Shown: positions 63,001 to 64,000 of the stretch, piece by piece | Numbering within the stretch: position 1 is the first letter of the stretch | Layout of the letters: every line of letters begins with the position of its first letter | DNA from: Ascidiella aspersa | Lineage: Eukaryota | NCBI GenBank assembly: GCA_963924565.1 | Contig: OZ004609.1 | Coordinates: 21,452,001 to 21,516,000, forward strand | DNA: 64,000 nt | Direction: 5' to 3' | Made by a program: the position numbers and the translations under genes | Notes under the pieces: generated by a model | What the model saw: only the letters and a program-made list of their open reading frames with translations | Database searches by the model: none | Told to the model about the DNA's origin: nothing

Positions 63001-63934
63001 TAGAAAAATAAACTATATCTTTTAGGTTCTAAATAGCAAAAGTTTTTTTGCTTTATTATCTTCACGTTACCCATTAAACTAATACTTTCTTTTTTCCCGT
63101 TTACGCTGTTTTACCTACAATCCAAAGAGATGTAAAGGGAAAATGTTTACTACTAGAAAATGCAATAAAAAATTGTTTCAATTGATAAACCTGCTCTTTG
63201 TAACTTATTTCATTCTACGGGAACGCATTGCATTTTATAGTATTGCAACTGTGCTTACATCTAACGCTAATTTCTATCTGGCTAACATAAGAAGGTATTC
63301 TTAGATTATCAGTTTATTTACCTACAGCGCCTTACGACAAGCGCCCCAGGAGCAGCTTTTAATATTCTGCGAGCGACTTTAGGTACCGCTTTCTTCGACA
63401 CAAACACAAAGCCATCGGCGCGGAGGAAATTATGGCTACACTTTTTGCGCTGCACCCTCCGTTAAATACATTCAATACTCCCAACACAGCTCAGTAGACT
63501 CAAAAGGCAGACATTATAAATGACAAGTTCCCGCGACTTTTCACAATAGCTTTGTGTTGCGATAGCGAGTCACGGCGGTAACGACAAATGGACGGCAATA
63601 TACGAATGTTTTCCATTTGCCTTCACGTGCCTAAAATTAGTCAAAATCTAAAACGGGAGTTTTTTGTTTTGTGGTCCATTTAATCCTTGCAAATCCGTTG
63701 TAATATGTTTTGTTAACTAACACGTGGTTGCCAGCCAGTTGCTAATACGTTATGGTAACGGTTTTACTGGCCAGCAATGTCCGCAATATCTACACAAACA
63801 AAAAGCGTTCTGTTTATAAAAGATAATTTTTAATTTTTAAATCATCAATCCCTAAGCTGGCTCGCCGAATACTCCATCGGCGGCGCTGATATTCTTTGTC
63901 GCCCAGGATTGAAACATCCGACCTGCAGACTCAC

Positions 63935-63980
63935 GCCACCCAAATGAAGACGAGAAGACGCGACAGCAAGCCTTGATCAT
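63935..63980 (-). CDS. Candidate first coding exon of the MID1/2-like gene (MIKACCRVFSSSFGW)
   Basis: gcagcgATG...TGG C|gtgagt gives a phase-1 donor matching the phase-1 acceptor at 58924. The frame stays open to the window edge, so the exon could extend further upstream. Confidence 0.5.
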
Positions 63981-64000
63981 CGCTGCCTTGCCCCGTCGCC

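Overview
Eukaryotic (animal) genomic DNA, AT-rich with GT-AG introns. The gene content (MID1/2-type TRIM, ZDHHC2/15/20, Smad1/5), extra introns and mosaic CpG depletion suggest an invertebrate chordate, probably a tunicate (inference). Most entries in the ORF track are spurious or exon fragments. I reconstructed four spliced genes by hand with consistent intron phases. (1) Smad1/5 on the - strand: 9 coding exons, 477 aa. (2) A ZDHHC2/15/20-type palmitoyltransferase on the - strand. It has DHYC instead of DHHC, has lost two of four ligands in both zinc sites, and has two alternative 3' ends, each beginning with its own PaCCT-like exon. (3) A small + strand gene with a p62/SQSTM1-like PB1 domain fused to a G/F/P/M/Q low-complexity tail, head-to-head with the ZDHHC gene. 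(4) A MID1/MID2-like TRIM on the - strand with a ~290-aa N-terminal extension and two candidate first exons, one carrying an N-terminal Cys-Cys motif. Introns and intergenic DNA hold many non-autonomous DNA transposons: Buster-type hAT MITEs with nnnTAnnn target-site duplications (TSDs) and Merlin-like foldback elements, some nested. No prokaryotic features, rRNA, tRNA or CRISPR arrays were seen. All homology calls come from motif recognition, not database searches.
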